The notes below the pieces were generated by a model. That model saw nothing but the letters and a program-made list of their open reading frames with translations, was not told the origin of the DNA and did no database searches. From NCBI GenBank assembly GCA_964016885.1, contig OZ024752.1, positions 19,034,001 to 19,098,000 on the forward strand: a DNA stretch of 64,000 nt, read 5' to 3'. The position numbers and the translations under genes were made by a program. Below are positions 63,741-64,000 of this stretch, piece by piece. The first letter of the stretch is position 1. Every line of letters starts with the position of its first letter. The stretch is from Eledone cirrhosa (lineage: Eukaryota).

Positions 63741-63894
63741 AATATATATAAATCTATAAATTAAGAAACAAAGTATATATATATATATATATACAAATAT
63801 ATATATATAAACAATGAGTTATATGATTTGATGATTATTCAACAAAGTTAATTTTACAACAGATTAGAAGCACTCTACAAATTTTTCTGGAGAA

Positions 63895-64000
63895 TCATTA
63901 ATATTAAGAATATTAATAAATGGAAAATATCTTTATAAAACCATATTTATTTTACTATACGTATTTCAAGGGTACTAATATTTAAGTATGCTTTCGTCAG
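63895..64000 (-). ncRNA. Hammerhead motif of the 11.0 kb element family, cut by the window edge
   Basis: Minus strand reads CTGACGA-AAGCATACTTAAATATTAGTACCCTT-GAAA-TACGTA-TA-GTAAAA, then AATAAATATGGTTTTATAAA as in the 11.3 kb copy. Confidence 0.68.

Overview
AT-rich, repeat-dominated animal genomic DNA. The dense (TA)n tracts, RTE-type LINEs and tRNA-derived SINEs suggest a coleoid cephalopod such as Octopus (inference). One host gene is visible on the + strand: four in-phase GT-AG exons (10789-10960, 29770-29895, 37838-37971, 39676-39780/39867) of a leprecan-family protein (CRTAP/prolyl 3-hydroxylase N-terminal region); its 5' end lies upstream of the window. The rest is three satellite arrays (74, 40 and 42 bp units), about 7 kb of TA/TATG low-complexity sequence, and decayed RTE, CR1-like, CRE-like, Tigger-like, Helitron and MITE/SINE pieces. 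The most notable hidden structure is a set of about a dozen short non-coding elements, mostly embedded in (TA)n. Many carry type I minimal hammerhead ribozyme cores (CTGANGA...GAAA-palindrome-NUH), are often arranged as fold-back hairpins, and several share a 3' ACTC...GAGT stem-loop. This looks like a diverse Penelope-like/retrozyme-like non-autonomous ribozyme retroelement system. Nearly all entries in the ORF track are artefacts of repeats.
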